From positions 1 through 48,856 of IMG/VR virus record IMGVR_UViG_3300036825_000040: a stretch of DNA of 48,856 nucleotides, one strand, 5' to 3'. How positions within the stretch are numbered: position 1 is the first letter of the stretch; the number at the start of each line of letters is the position of its first letter. The notes below the pieces were generated by a model. That model was given only the letters and a program-made list of their open reading frames with translations, did not search any database and was not told the DNA's origin. Shown here one piece after another: positions 30,206-39,169 of this stretch. The translations under genes and the position numbers were made by a program. This stretch comes from a virus. Taxonomy: Duplodnaviria; Caudoviricetes.

Positions 30206-30294
30206 AAAGCCCCGCACAATGGCGAGGCTCTTAATTCTTTGTCGACCTACGAAGCTATGGCGACGATATCAGATTTACATGAAATATATGCGTT

Positions 30295-30984
30295 TCAATC
30301 CAGTTTTGCAAGACTTCTATCTAAATTTGTCGCCTTTTGTTGTGAACGTGATCGCGTAACCTGCAACAAAGCACCACTGTCCAGGCGCAGGAAGATGCGG
30401 CGCATCTCAATCCAGCGGTCCGTAAACGTCTCAGACCAGTTCTTTGGCGTTACACCGACCAGTTCCGCCATCCGCTGATACTCGTAAGTCTCACGCCCTG
30501 CCAGCTCCGCTTTGACGTCCTGCGCCGCCAGCCAAATAAGCTTCTTCAAGCGCTCCATCGTCTTTCCGGCCACCTTCTTATCGCCGAGTTGTTCCCTGAA
30601 CTCTGCCCATGCCCACTGAGTGATAGCTACCTGGTACTCGAAGCGAATATTCTCGCTGTAGTTCCAGAGCAGCCATGCTTTCTGGTGCTCTTCCAGCGAC
30701 AGGACAGCACGACGCCAGGATGCAGTTCCGAACTCTACCGGGCTAACCAGAGCGATGGATGAGCCTTTGGCGCGGGACTGGCTTCCACTCATCGCCGGGC
30801 CGTCAGGGTTAACTTTTCGGCCGGTGACCGGGTCGGTTATTTTCTTCCGCCCCCGGCTGCGCGCCGTCGCGCTGAATTGCGCGTTCTCAGCGAAAGCTAC
30901 CAGCTGCCCTTTCGTCGCCCCGCTCAGATCTGCGGTCGCCACAATGAGCTGCTGACGTACGTATTCCAGTTGCTGACTGTTCAT
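30295..30984 (-). CDS. Late antitermination protein Q (phage 82-like)
   Basis: 229 aa upstream of the lysis cassette; DLSGATKGQL motif and C-terminal HTH (MAELVGVTPKNWSE). Confidence 0.85.
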   Translation of the reverse strand: MNSQQLEYVRQQLIVATADLSGATKGQLVAFAENAQFSATARSRGRKKITDPVTGRKVNPDGPAMSGSQSRAKGSSIALVSPVEFGTASWRRAVLSLEEHQKAWLLWNYSENIRFEYQVAITQWAWAEFREQLGDKKVAGKTMERLKKLIWLAAQDVKAELAGRETYEYQRMAELVGVTPKNWSETFTDRWIEMRRIFLRLDSGALLQVTRSRSQQKATNLDRSLAKLD

Positions 30985-31097
30985 GCGGCTTCCTTATGAG
31001 GCTGGTTGGTTTTGGTCTGGCTGTGCTTTGCTACTGGCGGCATGCTGGCGCGCTTAACGCTTTCTGCCTGGTATCGCAGGAAGTCGGTGTGGTTCAT
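30981..31097 (-). CDS. 38-aa nin-region hypothetical protein
   Basis: [18 protein letters not shown]...KEAA with ATGA overlaps on both sides. Confidence 0.55.
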   Translation of the reverse strand: MNHTDFLRYQAESVKRASMPPVAKHSQTKTNQPHKEAA

Positions 31098-31456
31098 GCG
31101 ACCTCCAACTCTGTGATAGTCAGTTCAAGCCTGCCGCCTTTGACGATCGGCATTCTCTTCACGCTGTAGTAATCAACCTGCTGGTCATCGAGCCAGAACC
31201 CGGATTTCGTCAGGGCATCGAATACGGCCTTTTGCAGATTATCCAGGTCCCGACGACGGCGATCCGGCATGTGACACTCGATACGGATTTTCACGGGTGT
31301 GTTCAGACCGATATCCAGCATTGAGGCTTTGATGATTCTGGCGACGCTGTCACGGTATGCCTGCCCTTCTGCGCTGATATGCGTGCGCCCGCGGTTATGC
31401 CGGTAGTAGCGGTTGTTGCTCGGCGGCCACGGGAGGCTGATGCGATATTCATTCAT
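31094..31456 (-). CDS. rusA: Holliday junction resolvase RusA
   Basis: [20 protein letters not shown] and DDQQVD motifs. Confidence 0.95.
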   Translation of the reverse strand: MNEYRISLPWPPSNNRYYRHNRGRTHISAEGQAYRDSVARIIKASMLDIGLNTPVKIRIECHMPDRRRRDLDNLQKAVFDALTKSGFWLDDQQVDYYSVKRMPIVKGGRLELTITELEVA

Positions 31457-31743
31457 GCTTTGACGAGCCCCTCTTTGAGCCAGATAACCTGTGTGCGGGC
31501 CATACCTTCCAGCGCGCACTCCTTTGCATATTCCGCATCGACCAGACGGGTGCGGCGATCAATCTCGTCATGGCAGCTGCTGCATGCGATGGTGGCGATC
31601 AGGTCAGGCGGCTTGATTCCGGTTCCGCACAGCCCAGCCAGGCGGATATGAGCCAGTACAGATGTCTCAGGGTTTCCGTTGCATACGCCGGGGATCCGCA
31701 CCTGACATTCACGACCGCGTGCGGCTTTGCATAAATTAGCCAT
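31453..31743 (-). CDS. DUF1364/YbcO family Zn-binding protein
   Basis: [25 protein letters not shown] and CSSCHDEID motifs. Confidence 0.88.
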   Translation of the reverse strand: MANLCKAARGRECQVRIPGVCNGNPETSVLAHIRLAGLCGTGIKPPDLIATIACSSCHDEIDRRTRLVDAEYAKECALEGMARTQVIWLKEGLVKA

Positions 31744-31906
31744 GCGCCCTCCTCGCCGCGAGACGAAGCCATTTCTCATCCACCAGGCGGGCGGTATAGT
31801 CTTTCAAGGTCGGGATGTCTGACGGCTTAACCGCAGGCTTACGCTGTCGGCGCGCCGGAACGCGGAAAATTTCGTTCGTGATGACGCGGGAAAGTGGAGT
31901 AGACAT
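31736..31906 (-). CDS. NinE-like protein (56 aa)
   Basis: IFRVPARRQRKPAVKPSDIPTLKDYTARLVDEKWLRLAARR. Confidence 0.65.
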   Translation of the reverse strand: MSTPLSRVITNEIFRVPARRQRKPAVKPSDIPTLKDYTARLVDEKWLRLAARRAHG

Positions 31907-32361
31907 CAGGCCTCCTGCTTATCGCGCAGCTGCTGGTACTCGCAACTCTGCGGAATGGTCAGGTGACAGCCGATATTCATCGCCCAGGCTTCGACCTTGC
32001 ATAGGAAGATATACATCTCTCCGGTTTCCAGCTCAGACGTATGACGAAGGGATTGCACGGTGGTGACGTCGCCAGACACGACGTCTACCCGGTCTTTGCT
32101 CTCATAGCCGAGATAGGTGTGCTTCATCGCGTCTTTGACCCACTCGGGTGTAGCGAAGGTCTTGCCGCGGGCGATGAGGTATTCGCTTATTTCCGTATAC
32201 CACATGTGGCTGAGCGCGTTCTGCGACAGGCTGCGCTTCTCGCGCCACGGCTTCACCTGCAGGCGGAAGCATTGTCCGGCATCCAGCAGGGGCTGAATCT
32301 GCTGGCCGATGGCTGCGAAGTTACCGCGATGGAGTTTGATGCCGTCTACTGGAAGAGTCAT
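31906..32361 (-). CDS. YbcN/NinB family protein
   Basis: KRSLSQNALSHMWY and SLRHTSEL motifs. Confidence 0.85.
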   Translation of the reverse strand: MTLPVDGIKLHRGNFAAIGQQIQPLLDAGQCFRLQVKPWREKRSLSQNALSHMWYTEISEYLIARGKTFATPEWVKDAMKHTYLGYESKDRVDVVSGDVTTVQSLRHTSELETGEMYIFLCKVEAWAMNIGCHLTIPQSCEYQQLRDKQEA

Positions 32362-32453
32362 ACGGCCTCCTTAACGGAAACCGCAGAATGCAGAAAATCG
32401 CAGGTGCATTTCTGCATCTGTGACAAGGTGAGGAGTTCAGATTGTGGTCGCAT
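32358..32453 (-). CDS. 31-aa leader ORF (YlcH-like) coupled to ybcN
   Basis: MRPQSELLTLSQMQKCTCDFLHSAVSVKEAV with AAGGGGA SD and ATGA overlap. Confidence 0.45.
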   Translation of the reverse strand: MRPQSELLTLSQMQKCTCDFLHSAVSVKEAV

Positions 32454-32534
32454 TTAAGTCCCCTTAAATGCGCAGAAGTCACCGGAGTTGTTCAGGCTCC
32501 GATGACATGATTATGGCTGGATGATTCTTGAAAA

Positions 32535-33185
32535 TCAAACGGTGGTATCCATGCTTTGAATAATAGCGTGTAATGAGGTTGCGGTGGAATTCTGCAGTTC
32601 TGTATCGGTTGCTGGGATGTGTTCAAAACTATCGATGTAAAATCTTACACCGTCCTGCCTCACCCAATAGACAAGCCAGTCTCCAGAAATAACGTCTTTA
32701 CCTTTAAAGGGCTTTAAGGACAACTCAGTTGCTAACTGAGAAATTTGCTTTCTCGCTTCTTCCTCACCGATTTGAATACCAATATTTTGAAACTCTGAAA
32801 TTTGGTCTTCTAAGGACACATTCTTGGTGCTCACACCATTCTGCTCTAAAAACATCTGGATGAGATTTCTCTCCCCTCGGCCGAGCAAATCCGGTGATGA
32901 AGGATTTTTCTCAGGAGCCTCGCCTTTCTGTCTAAACGCGTTATAGGCGCGAGTAAAATTGTCTTCTGAAACATGGATATGATGAAACCCAGCTAAAGCG
33001 CCCTTGAGTTCACGCTCTTGATGCCGCATTGCTAAGGTTGATGGGGCAACCTTCATTCCTTCAAGAAGCCGAATAGACTCCAAAACATTTCGGGCGAAAA
33101 ATCCCCTTCCATTTAATGCGTCTTCGATTATTTTCTGAGATAGATGGCTAGAGACTCTATCCTTAAAATGATCATCAATAATCAC
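32535..33185 (-). CDS. Hypothetical protein with split RelE/YafQ-like motifs
   Basis: [13 protein letters not shown] and [22 protein letters not shown] separated by about 95 aa. Confidence 0.55.
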   Translation of the reverse strand: MIIDDHFKDRVSSHLSQKIIEDALNGRGFFARNVLESIRLLEGMKVAPSTLAMRHQERELKGALAGFHHIHVSEDNFTRAYNAFRQKGEAPEKNPSSPDLLGRGERNLIQMFLEQNGVSTKNVSLEDQISEFQNIGIQIGEEEARKQISQLATELSLKPFKGKDVISGDWLVYWVRQDGVRFYIDSFEHIPATDTELQNSTATSLHAIIQSMDTTV

Positions 33186-33430
33186 TTCCCTTCCTCCTGT
33201 TTCAGGTAAACCGGATCGCTACCTTTCGGTAAAGTTATCGACTGCTCACGGTAAAACTTCAGGCGCTCAAGGAAGTAATCCCGCAAATGCTCAGGCTGCT
33301 CCCGCAAAACCACCTCAGCAATAACAGGCATGTTCATGCGCTCTTTGTACGCCACGCCGGAGGCCGCCAGGTCAACGTTAACCTTGTCGCGATCCTCCTG
33401 CGGCTTTGCTGCAATGTTCCAGTCAGTCAT
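33182..33430 (-). CDS. holE: DNA polymerase III theta homolog (HolE/Hot)
   Basis: [33 protein letters not shown]. Confidence 0.92.
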   Translation of the reverse strand: MTDWNIAAKPQEDRDKVNVDLAASGVAYKERMNMPVIAEVVLREQPEHLRDYFLERLKFYREQSITLPKGSDPVYLKQEEGK

Positions 33431-33756
33431 TAGTCAGCAGTACTCCCGCGCCAGCGTTTGTTAGTTTCTGAGATTCGATCCGTATCGACGGACTCGACCT
33501 CCCCTTCGGAAAATCTAATGGCATTTGCTTTATTTAGTGCAGCCCTTGCTTCCGCTTCGGCCTTACTAAAATGCACTTTCTTTTTTCCCCTGAAACTACC
33601 AACGCGGATTTTGGAAGAGGTCTGCGCCTTGTACTTGCTGATCCGCAGCTGTGCTGCCAAATGTGCTTTTGCCTCGGTGCGGTTGGCGGGCTTCTTCTTG
33701 ACCAACTCAAGGTCTAATTTGTATTGCTGCTCAGCATTTAGCTTCTTCGGCTTCAT
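33430..33756 (-). CDS. Basic hypothetical protein
   Basis: Lys/Arg-rich 108 aa, TAATG-coupled to the theta gene. Confidence 0.65.
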   Translation of the reverse strand: MKPKKLNAEQQYKLDLELVKKKPANRTEAKAHLAAQLRISKYKAQTSSKIRVGSFRGKKKVHFSKAEAEARAALNKANAIRFSEGEVESVDTDRISETNKRWRGSTAD

Positions 33757-33849
33757 GATGTCACTCTCAAACAAAGTCCGTTTATCATAGAATAAAAGGC
33801 CCCTAAGGGCCTTGATTTATATCTATGGCAATTCTCGTCAACCTGTTCG

Positions 33850-34041
33850 TCACTTCACCTCCTGCTGCGGTGCTGCTGCGAGCATGGCAGCGCGGTGCCG
33901 CAGTAACTCCATCAACACATTTTCAAACAACCTGGCATTCACTTCGACGGATCCATGAACGCAACGCGAGTTACATTCGCTAATTACTGCCTGGGTTTCA
34001 GAGAGAATTTTTGTCAGGCGCTCTGTGGTAATAGTGCTCAT
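33850..34041 (-). CDS. Hypothetical phage protein (Ea-type)
   Basis: 63 aa ending MLAAAPQQEVK; ATGA overlap. Confidence 0.6.
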   Translation of the reverse strand: MSTITTERLTKILSETQAVISECNSRCVHGSVEVNARLFENVLMELLRHRAAMLAAAPQQEVK

Positions 34042-34421
34042 GATGCCTCTCCTTTACCGGCTGAGGCGTTTTCCAGCTCATTGATGCGCTTGCGCAGGGC
34101 CGCTATCTCCATCTCGGCAGCGTCGGCGTAGTGGACATTGGAATGCTCTTTCAGATGCCCGCACGCCATCATGAAACCACGATGGTGCTCGCGGTTAGCT
34201 CGGCAAATCTCTTCTTCGATGCGCCGGTCTTTGGCTTCCAGCTCATCCAGCAGCGCCAGAACTCTCTCAGCCGTGAATGTATTGCAAAAGTCATGTACTG
34301 GTTTCCATTCTGGATTTGCCGGGTCGACAACTTCTCCGAACACACCAACTGCATGCCATAAAGGGGTTGATTTCGCAGCTGAGGCAATATCACGCAGCGC
34401 CTGTTTGTCGATGTTGCTCAT
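34038..34421 (-). CDS. Ead/Ea22-like protein
   Basis: MSNIDKQALR and VLALLDELEAKD motifs. Confidence 0.75.
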   Translation of the reverse strand: MSNIDKQALRDIASAAKSTPLWHAVGVFGEVVDPANPEWKPVHDFCNTFTAERVLALLDELEAKDRRIEEEICRANREHHRGFMMACGHLKEHSNVHYADAAEMEIAALRKRINELENASAGKGEAS

Positions 34422-34618
34422 TGGGCGGCCTCCCGGGTTAACTTTTCGAAGATTGCATCAAGTGCTTTTCGTTTTCCGATATGCCCGCCACCGACCCACT
34501 CGCCGCGAAGCAAGGCGTAATATTTGCCGTCGTCTTCGTGGTACGGGCCTCGGATCGACCAGTCGGTTGTGATAGCGTCGATCGCCTTTTTAGTTTCTGC
34601 GAAATCCATCATGCTCAT
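34418..34618 (-). CDS. Hypothetical phage protein
   Basis: 66 aa with ATGA overlaps on both sides. Confidence 0.6.
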   Translation of the reverse strand: MSMMDFAETKKAIDAITTDWSIRGPYHEDDGKYYALLRGEWVGGGHIGKRKALDAIFEKLTREAAQ

Positions 34619-35190
34619 ACCCCTACCCTCCCCCAAACCATCAATACCCGCTTCATAGCTGCGCTGTTCCGGCACTCCTGGCAGATCACGTTCACCGACT
34701 CAGCACGGCGGCCGGATTTCTTTTTTGCCTGCGACAGCGAATAAACGCGGTGACCTTTCGGACCTTCAAACTTCAGCTCACCTGTGTTGACCATCACCGA
34801 TATAACGCTGGATATGCTCCGGTAAGTGGCTCCCATGGCATCTGCTATTTGTGTAGCGCCCAGTTTGCTGCCATCGCTCAGTACGGACGCGATCCGTGCC
34901 GGATAGCTGCTATCGCTTACTCTTCTCGCTTTTGCACTGCTGAATGCGCCTTTCATCGCCCGGTTCTTCAGATGATGAGCACCCTCGCCTTTACGCCACT
35001 CCTGATATTTCGCTTCACTGGTGAAGTAGCCGAAGCCAGCCATGCTGAAAATAAGACCCAGTCCACGCAGTGCAGCGATTTCACGGTCCAGGCCCTTGCC
35101 ACTGATGCCAATTACCTCGATGAGGTCAGCACGCTTTACAGGCTGGTTAGCGACCACGTGATCAACAATGCGTTGTTTTAAACTGTCCAT
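34615..35190 (-). CDS. Tandem winged-helix protein (DUF977-like)
   Basis: Two HTH-like segments and C-terminal NVICQECRNSAAMKRVL. Confidence 0.7.
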   Translation of the reverse strand: MDSLKQRIVDHVVANQPVKRADLIEVIGISGKGLDREIAALRGLGLIFSMAGFGYFTSEAKYQEWRKGEGAHHLKNRAMKGAFSSAKARRVSDSSYPARIASVLSDGSKLGATQIADAMGATYRSISSVISVMVNTGELKFEGPKGHRVYSLSQAKKKSGRRAESVNVICQECRNSAAMKRVLMVWGRVGV

Positions 35191-35191
35191 T

Positions 35192-35881
35192 TCACACCAT
35201 CCCGTTCGACTTGTTGCGGTTGTATTTGGCCTGCAGCAACTGGATCGGCGTCGGCCCGTGCTCGGCAACCGGTGCGGCAATTGCCCGGCGTACCGGCGGT
35301 ACTGGCTTACCCTCGGTGACGCGCTTCTCCCACATGTCCAGCAGATCACCCGCCTCGCGTGCCAGCTCACCATGCGTTAACTGGCGCTCTGTGCTGCGGT
35401 GACGCAGTTCGACGCAGATGTGGTACATGACCGGCTGAGACCAAGGGAATTGCTCACTTGAGGTGAACTCGAACGAACGGTTACGCCAGTCCCAGTATTC
35501 GGCGATCACCTTGTCAACGGTGATACCAAGCACCCCGCCGCTCTGCTTGCACCAGGAGACAAACTGACCCGGAGAAGGCAGGAATGGTCGCTCCTGTCGG
35601 CGGGCAATGCGCATACCGGCATCAACCTGAGCCATTGAGTGGATCCCGTTCTCCTGAAATGCCAGCAGCCACTGACGGCGGAATTCGTCCAAGTCACGCT
35701 GTTCTCGGAAGTTCGCCATGCTGGCCGGAAACGCGGCGCGCAGCTCGTTGAACAGCCTGTTAAATACCTGCGCCACCTGCTCGACCGGTGCACGCTCCTG
35801 GTACTGCTCTGGCAGGTTGTGGGCCATGCGGCTCATCTGCTCGCGGTCGTGGTTATGCATCTGCTCTGCAAGAGATTTCAT
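35192..35881 (-). CDS. Replication protein P (helicase loader)
   Basis: EFRRQWLLAFQENGI and RPFLPSPGQFVSWC lambda P motifs. Confidence 0.92.
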   Translation of the reverse strand: MKSLAEQMHNHDREQMSRMAHNLPEQYQERAPVEQVAQVFNRLFNELRAAFPASMANFREQRDLDEFRRQWLLAFQENGIHSMAQVDAGMRIARRQERPFLPSPGQFVSWCKQSGGVLGITVDKVIAEYWDWRNRSFEFTSSEQFPWSQPVMYHICVELRHRSTERQLTHGELAREAGDLLDMWEKRVTEGKPVPPVRRAIAAPVAEHGPTPIQLLQAKYNRNKSNGMV

Positions 35882-36867
35882 CAGATCACCCCGTAGGCCC
35901 AGTCAGTGTTGTTGAAGTCCAGATCCGGCTTGCCAGGTTCTTCGCCTGTCTGCTGCTTGTTGCGTTTGATATCGAGTTGGGTCCACTTGTCGCGCAGCGT
36001 TGCCGGGCATAGAACATTCCCCTTCCAGAACTTGTCGTTACAGGCCCATTTGAACAGGGCAGCGATTTCGTAATGGGTGCGGTCGTCACGCTCGCGCATC
36101 AGGCGGATGTCGTTAGCCCACGCTGCGTAGTTTGGTTTTTTGGCAGATGGTGAAATGCTTTGCACCATGGTGAACAGCCATTCAGCGCAGCGTAGGTCTT
36201 CAGAGTTACCCCACTTCGTGCCGCTCTGAATTGCCGCTTCAGGTTTAATGACAGGCGGTTTCTTTCCGGGCTTGTCAGAGGATTCGTCAGAATTCTCGGA
36301 CGTAGAGTTATTTATATTCTTGTTATTACCTTCTTGTTCATGATGTGCGGGGAATTGTGCGGTCTTGTGTGCGGCATACCCACCTGAACCCGCGCCATTA
36401 CTGGACTCGTCATGTGCGCCTGTATGTGCGGCTTTATGTGCGGGTAAATCGTCCATTTTTTGAGCATACTCGACGTAATTTGTTATGGTGATCACCCGGC
36501 CTTTTCGCTTTTCTCCCTCGATGGAAATCATTCCTTCGCGGACGAAAACAGACAGCATTCTCTCCACAGCGTCGCGGCTTGTCGGGTTGCCCTGACGGTC
36601 ACACAACTGAAGGCCAAGATCTGCAGCAGTGACGACCAGTTGACCGGGTTGCAGAGGCCATTGTTTGCCTTTGAAGAATGCCGTATATGGCTGTCTGGCT
36701 GCGTCAATGAGCAGGTTCTCCCACAACGCACGCAGGAATACATCCTTAGCCCAGGACTTCTTCTTGATGCTCCGGTACAACGGGACGTAACCAGACTTCT
36801 GGTTCTCCATCCTGTTGCTCCTTGCGGCTGAGTGCGCCGCGAAATTTGCGTAAGCGACGTTAGACAC
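35881..36867 (-). CDS. Replication initiator O
   Basis: C-terminal WANDIRLMRERD..FWKGNVLCP..LRDKWTQL; internal iterons. Confidence 0.9.
   Translation of the reverse strand: MSNVAYANFAAHSAARSNRMENQKSGYVPLYRSIKKKSWAKDVFLRALWENLLIDAARQPYTAFFKGKQWPLQPGQLVVTAADLGLQLCDRQGNPTSRDAVERMLSVFVREGMISIEGEKRKGRVITITNYVEYAQKMDDLPAHKAAHTGAHDESSNGAGSGGYAAHKTAQFPAHHEQEGNNKNINNSTSENSDESSDKPGKKPPVIKPEAAIQSGTKWGNSEDLRCAEWLFTMVQSISPSAKKPNYAAWANDIRLMRERDDRTHYEIAALFKWACNDKFWKGNVLCPATLRDKWTQLDIKRNKQQTGEEPGKPDLDFNNTDWAYGVI
36305..36443. repeat. Replication origin: six iterons plus AT-rich tract
   Basis: TGTGCG(G/C) at 36344, 36356, 36368 and 36413, 36425, 36437 (12-bp period), adjacent to AT-rich 36305..36340. Confidence 0.8.
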
Positions 36868-36998
36868 AGTTAAACCTCCTGCGCCTGGCGTTTTGGATTA
36901 GCATTTGTCATAATGACCTCGCACTTGTTATCTGCATTTGCACCTGAAAGTCGGTTCTGTTCGCGCAGACCGGCTTTCGCCATTTTTGATACTTCCCA

Positions 36999-37568
36999 TC
37001 ACATGACTCCCGGCGCCATAGCGGCCAAACTTGTCACCACTGCAGCTATTGATTCAGTTGGCAGAAATCTCAGCAGCGATTCAGCAGCTTCCTTCACCTC
37101 TTTCTCAAGGCGTTGTATCGGCTGACCAAGTAGCTTTGCCTGATGCGCTTCCGCGCACTCTTTCATGGCATCAGCAATCAACTCCTCTTTCGTTTTACCG
37201 TTCACCAGGCCGAACTGACGCGCTACCTGCTCGTTATCCCGCGCCATCACATCGACAATGACGGGGATCAGCAGCACCAACCCTTTATCGTTCTTCGGGC
37301 CCGGATCGTTAATCATCCGGAAGAAGTTCTGCTTTGTGTTGTGCTCTGAACCGGCCAGCAGTAACCCACGACCGCCTCGTGCCAGCCACTCTTTGGCTAC
37401 CAGTTGCGAAATGTGGACCTGAGCCTGCCCTGGTGTTGCCTTCTGCCAGGCGCGAACTGCTTCGCGAATACGAGTTAGCTTACTGGTATTGCGCGGAACG
37501 CCTTGATAATTCGAAATCATCGGATTCGCCGTGAATCCGGTATTCTCTTGATACGCAAGTGAATGCAT
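36999..37568 (-). CDS. CII-like / YdaT family regulator
   Basis: Follows cro; IREAVRAW and AMKECAEAHQAKLLG motifs. Confidence 0.78.
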   Translation of the reverse strand: MHSLAYQENTGFTANPMISNYQGVPRNTSKLTRIREAVRAWQKATPGQAQVHISQLVAKEWLARGGRGLLLAGSEHNTKQNFFRMINDPGPKNDKGLVLLIPVIVDVMARDNEQVARQFGLVNGKTKEELIADAMKECAEAHQAKLLGQPIQRLEKEVKEAAESLLRFLPTESIAAVVTSLAAMAPGVM

Positions 37569-37598
37569 TGCTTTCCCTTTCGTGGTTAGGGCCGCCGG

Positions 37599-37814
37599 TC
37601 AGGCGGCGTTGCTTTTTGGGGGGAACAAGGCATCAAGAGATGTGTTGCTCCCCAGCTTGTTCATCGCCTCAACCAGGCGGCGGCACGACTCCAAGTCTGG
37701 TGCTCGTATGCCAGCTTCATAGTTAGCAAGGCGGGACTGGTTCCAGCCGCATGAGCCCGCTAACTCTGATTGAGTGATGCCAAGCTTCTTACGTTCGTTG
37801 GCGATATTGTTCAT
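37599..37814 (-). CDS. cro: Cro repressor
   Basis: XRE HTH (ITQSELAGSCGWNQSRLANYEAG), divergent from cI. Confidence 0.88.
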   Translation of the reverse strand: MNNIANERKKLGITQSELAGSCGWNQSRLANYEAGIRAPDLESCRRLVEAMNKLGSNTSLDALFPPKSNAA

Positions 37815-37845
37815 GCTGATCCTTTCAATAATGGTCACTCAGCAT

Positions 37846-37912
37846 CATTAAACACAATTCGTGATTAATAATCAACACAAATCGTGAAAGGCATTCCAAC
37901 ACGCTACGTGAT
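37846..37912. promoter_or_regulatory. OR operators and pR promoter
   Basis: 15-bp AACAC-N5-GTGAW sites at 37851, 37874 and 37898; minus-strand TTGATT-17-TTTAAT. Confidence 0.8.
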
Positions 37913-37918
37913 AAAAAT

Positions 37919-38557
37919 ATGCGTATGAAAAAAAATGAATCTATAGCCAGCAGAATTAAGCGCATCCGTGAGTCAAAAGGCCTATCTCAGAGGGCTTTAG
38001 CTGATCTTTGTGGGTGGGCTTCGCAATCACGCATAGGAAACTATGAGGCTGGCACACGTAGTGTGAGCGTTGATGATGCAGAGGTTATCGCCAAGGCTTT
38101 GGGTATCTCCGCCCCTGAGCTATTATTTGGTGATGACTTTGTTGGCCATTACAAACCAGGAGCAAAGTATCCTTTGATTAGCTGGGTAAGCGCAGGGGCG
38201 TGGTGTGAGGCTAATGAGCCATATACTCTGAAAGACATAGAGGAATGGTATGAATCTGATGCTCATATTGAGGGGACTGCTTTCTGGTTACGTGTTCAGG
38301 GAGACTCAATGACATCACCCGTTGGACTAAGCATCCCTGAAGGCATGATGGTTCTTGTCGATACCGGGAAAGAACCAGTAAACGGAAGCCTGGTAATAGC
38401 TAAACTTACCGACGCTAATGAGGCGACATTCAAAAAGTTGGTTATCGACGGCGGTAATAGATACCTCAAAGGCCTCAATCCGCAGTATCCCCTGATCCCA
38501 GTGAATGGTAACTGCAGAATTATTGGTGTTGCCATTCAAACTATGATGAAGCTTTGA
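37919..38557 (+). CDS. cI: CI repressor (HTH plus S24 autopeptidase)
   Basis: N-terminal HTH, Ala-Gly cleavage site (VSAGAW), GDSM Ser and TFKK Lys. Confidence 0.95.
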   Translation: MRMKKNESIASRIKRIRESKGLSQRALADLCGWASQSRIGNYEAGTRSVSVDDAEVIAKALGISAPELLFGDDFVGHYKPGAKYPLISWVSAGAWCEANEPYTLKDIEEWYESDAHIEGTAFWLRVQGDSMTSPVGLSIPEGMMVLVDTGKEPVNGSLVIAKLTDANEATFKKLVIDGGNRYLKGLNPQYPLIPVNGNCRIIGVAIQTMMKL

Positions 38558-38581
38558 AGACCAATTAGGACGGAACCAGGA

Positions 38582-38935
38582 ATGAAAAAAATAATTTTGG
38601 CTTTGGTAGTTTCAGCGCTGTTATCTGGATGTGTTATGAAGAGCACAGCCCATGCTGGAAAAGACTTTGATGAAACTAAGATTTCGCAAATCGTTAGTAA
38701 GCAGACTACAGAAGCTGACCTTCTCCGCCTGATGGGTGAACCAGTGAAAAAGGAGATCGTTAGCGACAATGAAGTTAAGTGGGTCTACGAATACGTAACT
38801 TCTAATGCAGCCGTAAGAATGTTCTCCACTAAGCCAAAAGTCGATGTTACGAAAAAGGTTCTTGAAGTATTGATCCGCGATGGCGTCGTTGTTAATCACG
38901 CGTATACAAATCCAGGTACAACTACATACAAGTAA
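38582..38935 (+). CDS. Lipoprotein with BamE/SmpA-like fold, co-oriented with cI
   Basis: Lipobox LSGC; QTTEADLLRLMGEP..WVYEY pattern. Confidence 0.75.
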   Translation: MKKIILALVVSALLSGCVMKSTAHAGKDFDETKISQIVSKQTTEADLLRLMGEPVKKEIVSDNEVKWVYEYVTSNAAVRMFSTKPKVDVTKKVLEVLIRDGVVVNHAYTNPGTTTYK

Positions 38936-38961
38936 CCCCTCCAGAACCATCATCATGATTG

Positions 38962-38986
38962 AAGCCCACTTAGGTGGGCTTTTTTT
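38962..38986 (+). terminator. Terminator of the immunity transcript
   Basis: AAGCCCAC-TTAG-GTGGGCTTTTTTT. Confidence 0.85.
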
Positions 38987-39026
38987 ATGCCCGCCGAAAA
39001 AATAAATTTCTATAAAATTCAACAAC

Positions 39027-39098
39027 AACACGATATGTGTTCATTTATAATCACAAAGCGTGTTGACTACATAAACACATTCTGTGATTATCAATCCA
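39027..39098 (+). promoter_or_regulatory. OL operators and pL promoter
   Basis: Operators at 39027, 39050 and 39074 with the same consensus as OR; -35 TTGACT (39063), 17 bp, -10 GATTAT (39086); predicted start near 39098. Confidence 0.85.
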
Positions 39099-39155
39099 TC
39101 GAAACGAAACATCGACAGCTGAGCGAAGTTAGCCAGCGGCGGACAGCAAGTCGCC

Positions 39156-39169
39156 TGCTTCTTTAACAA
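39156..39169 (+). promoter_or_regulatory. boxA-like element
   Basis: TGCTTCTTTAACAA versus rrn boxA TGCTCTTTAACAA (one extra T), directly after a hairpin. Confidence 0.6.

Noticed and set aside
36344-36443. CRISPR-like or other repeat array
   Set aside because: Short repeats inside the O gene fit iterons; no repeat-spacer array or tRNA was seen anywhere in the window.
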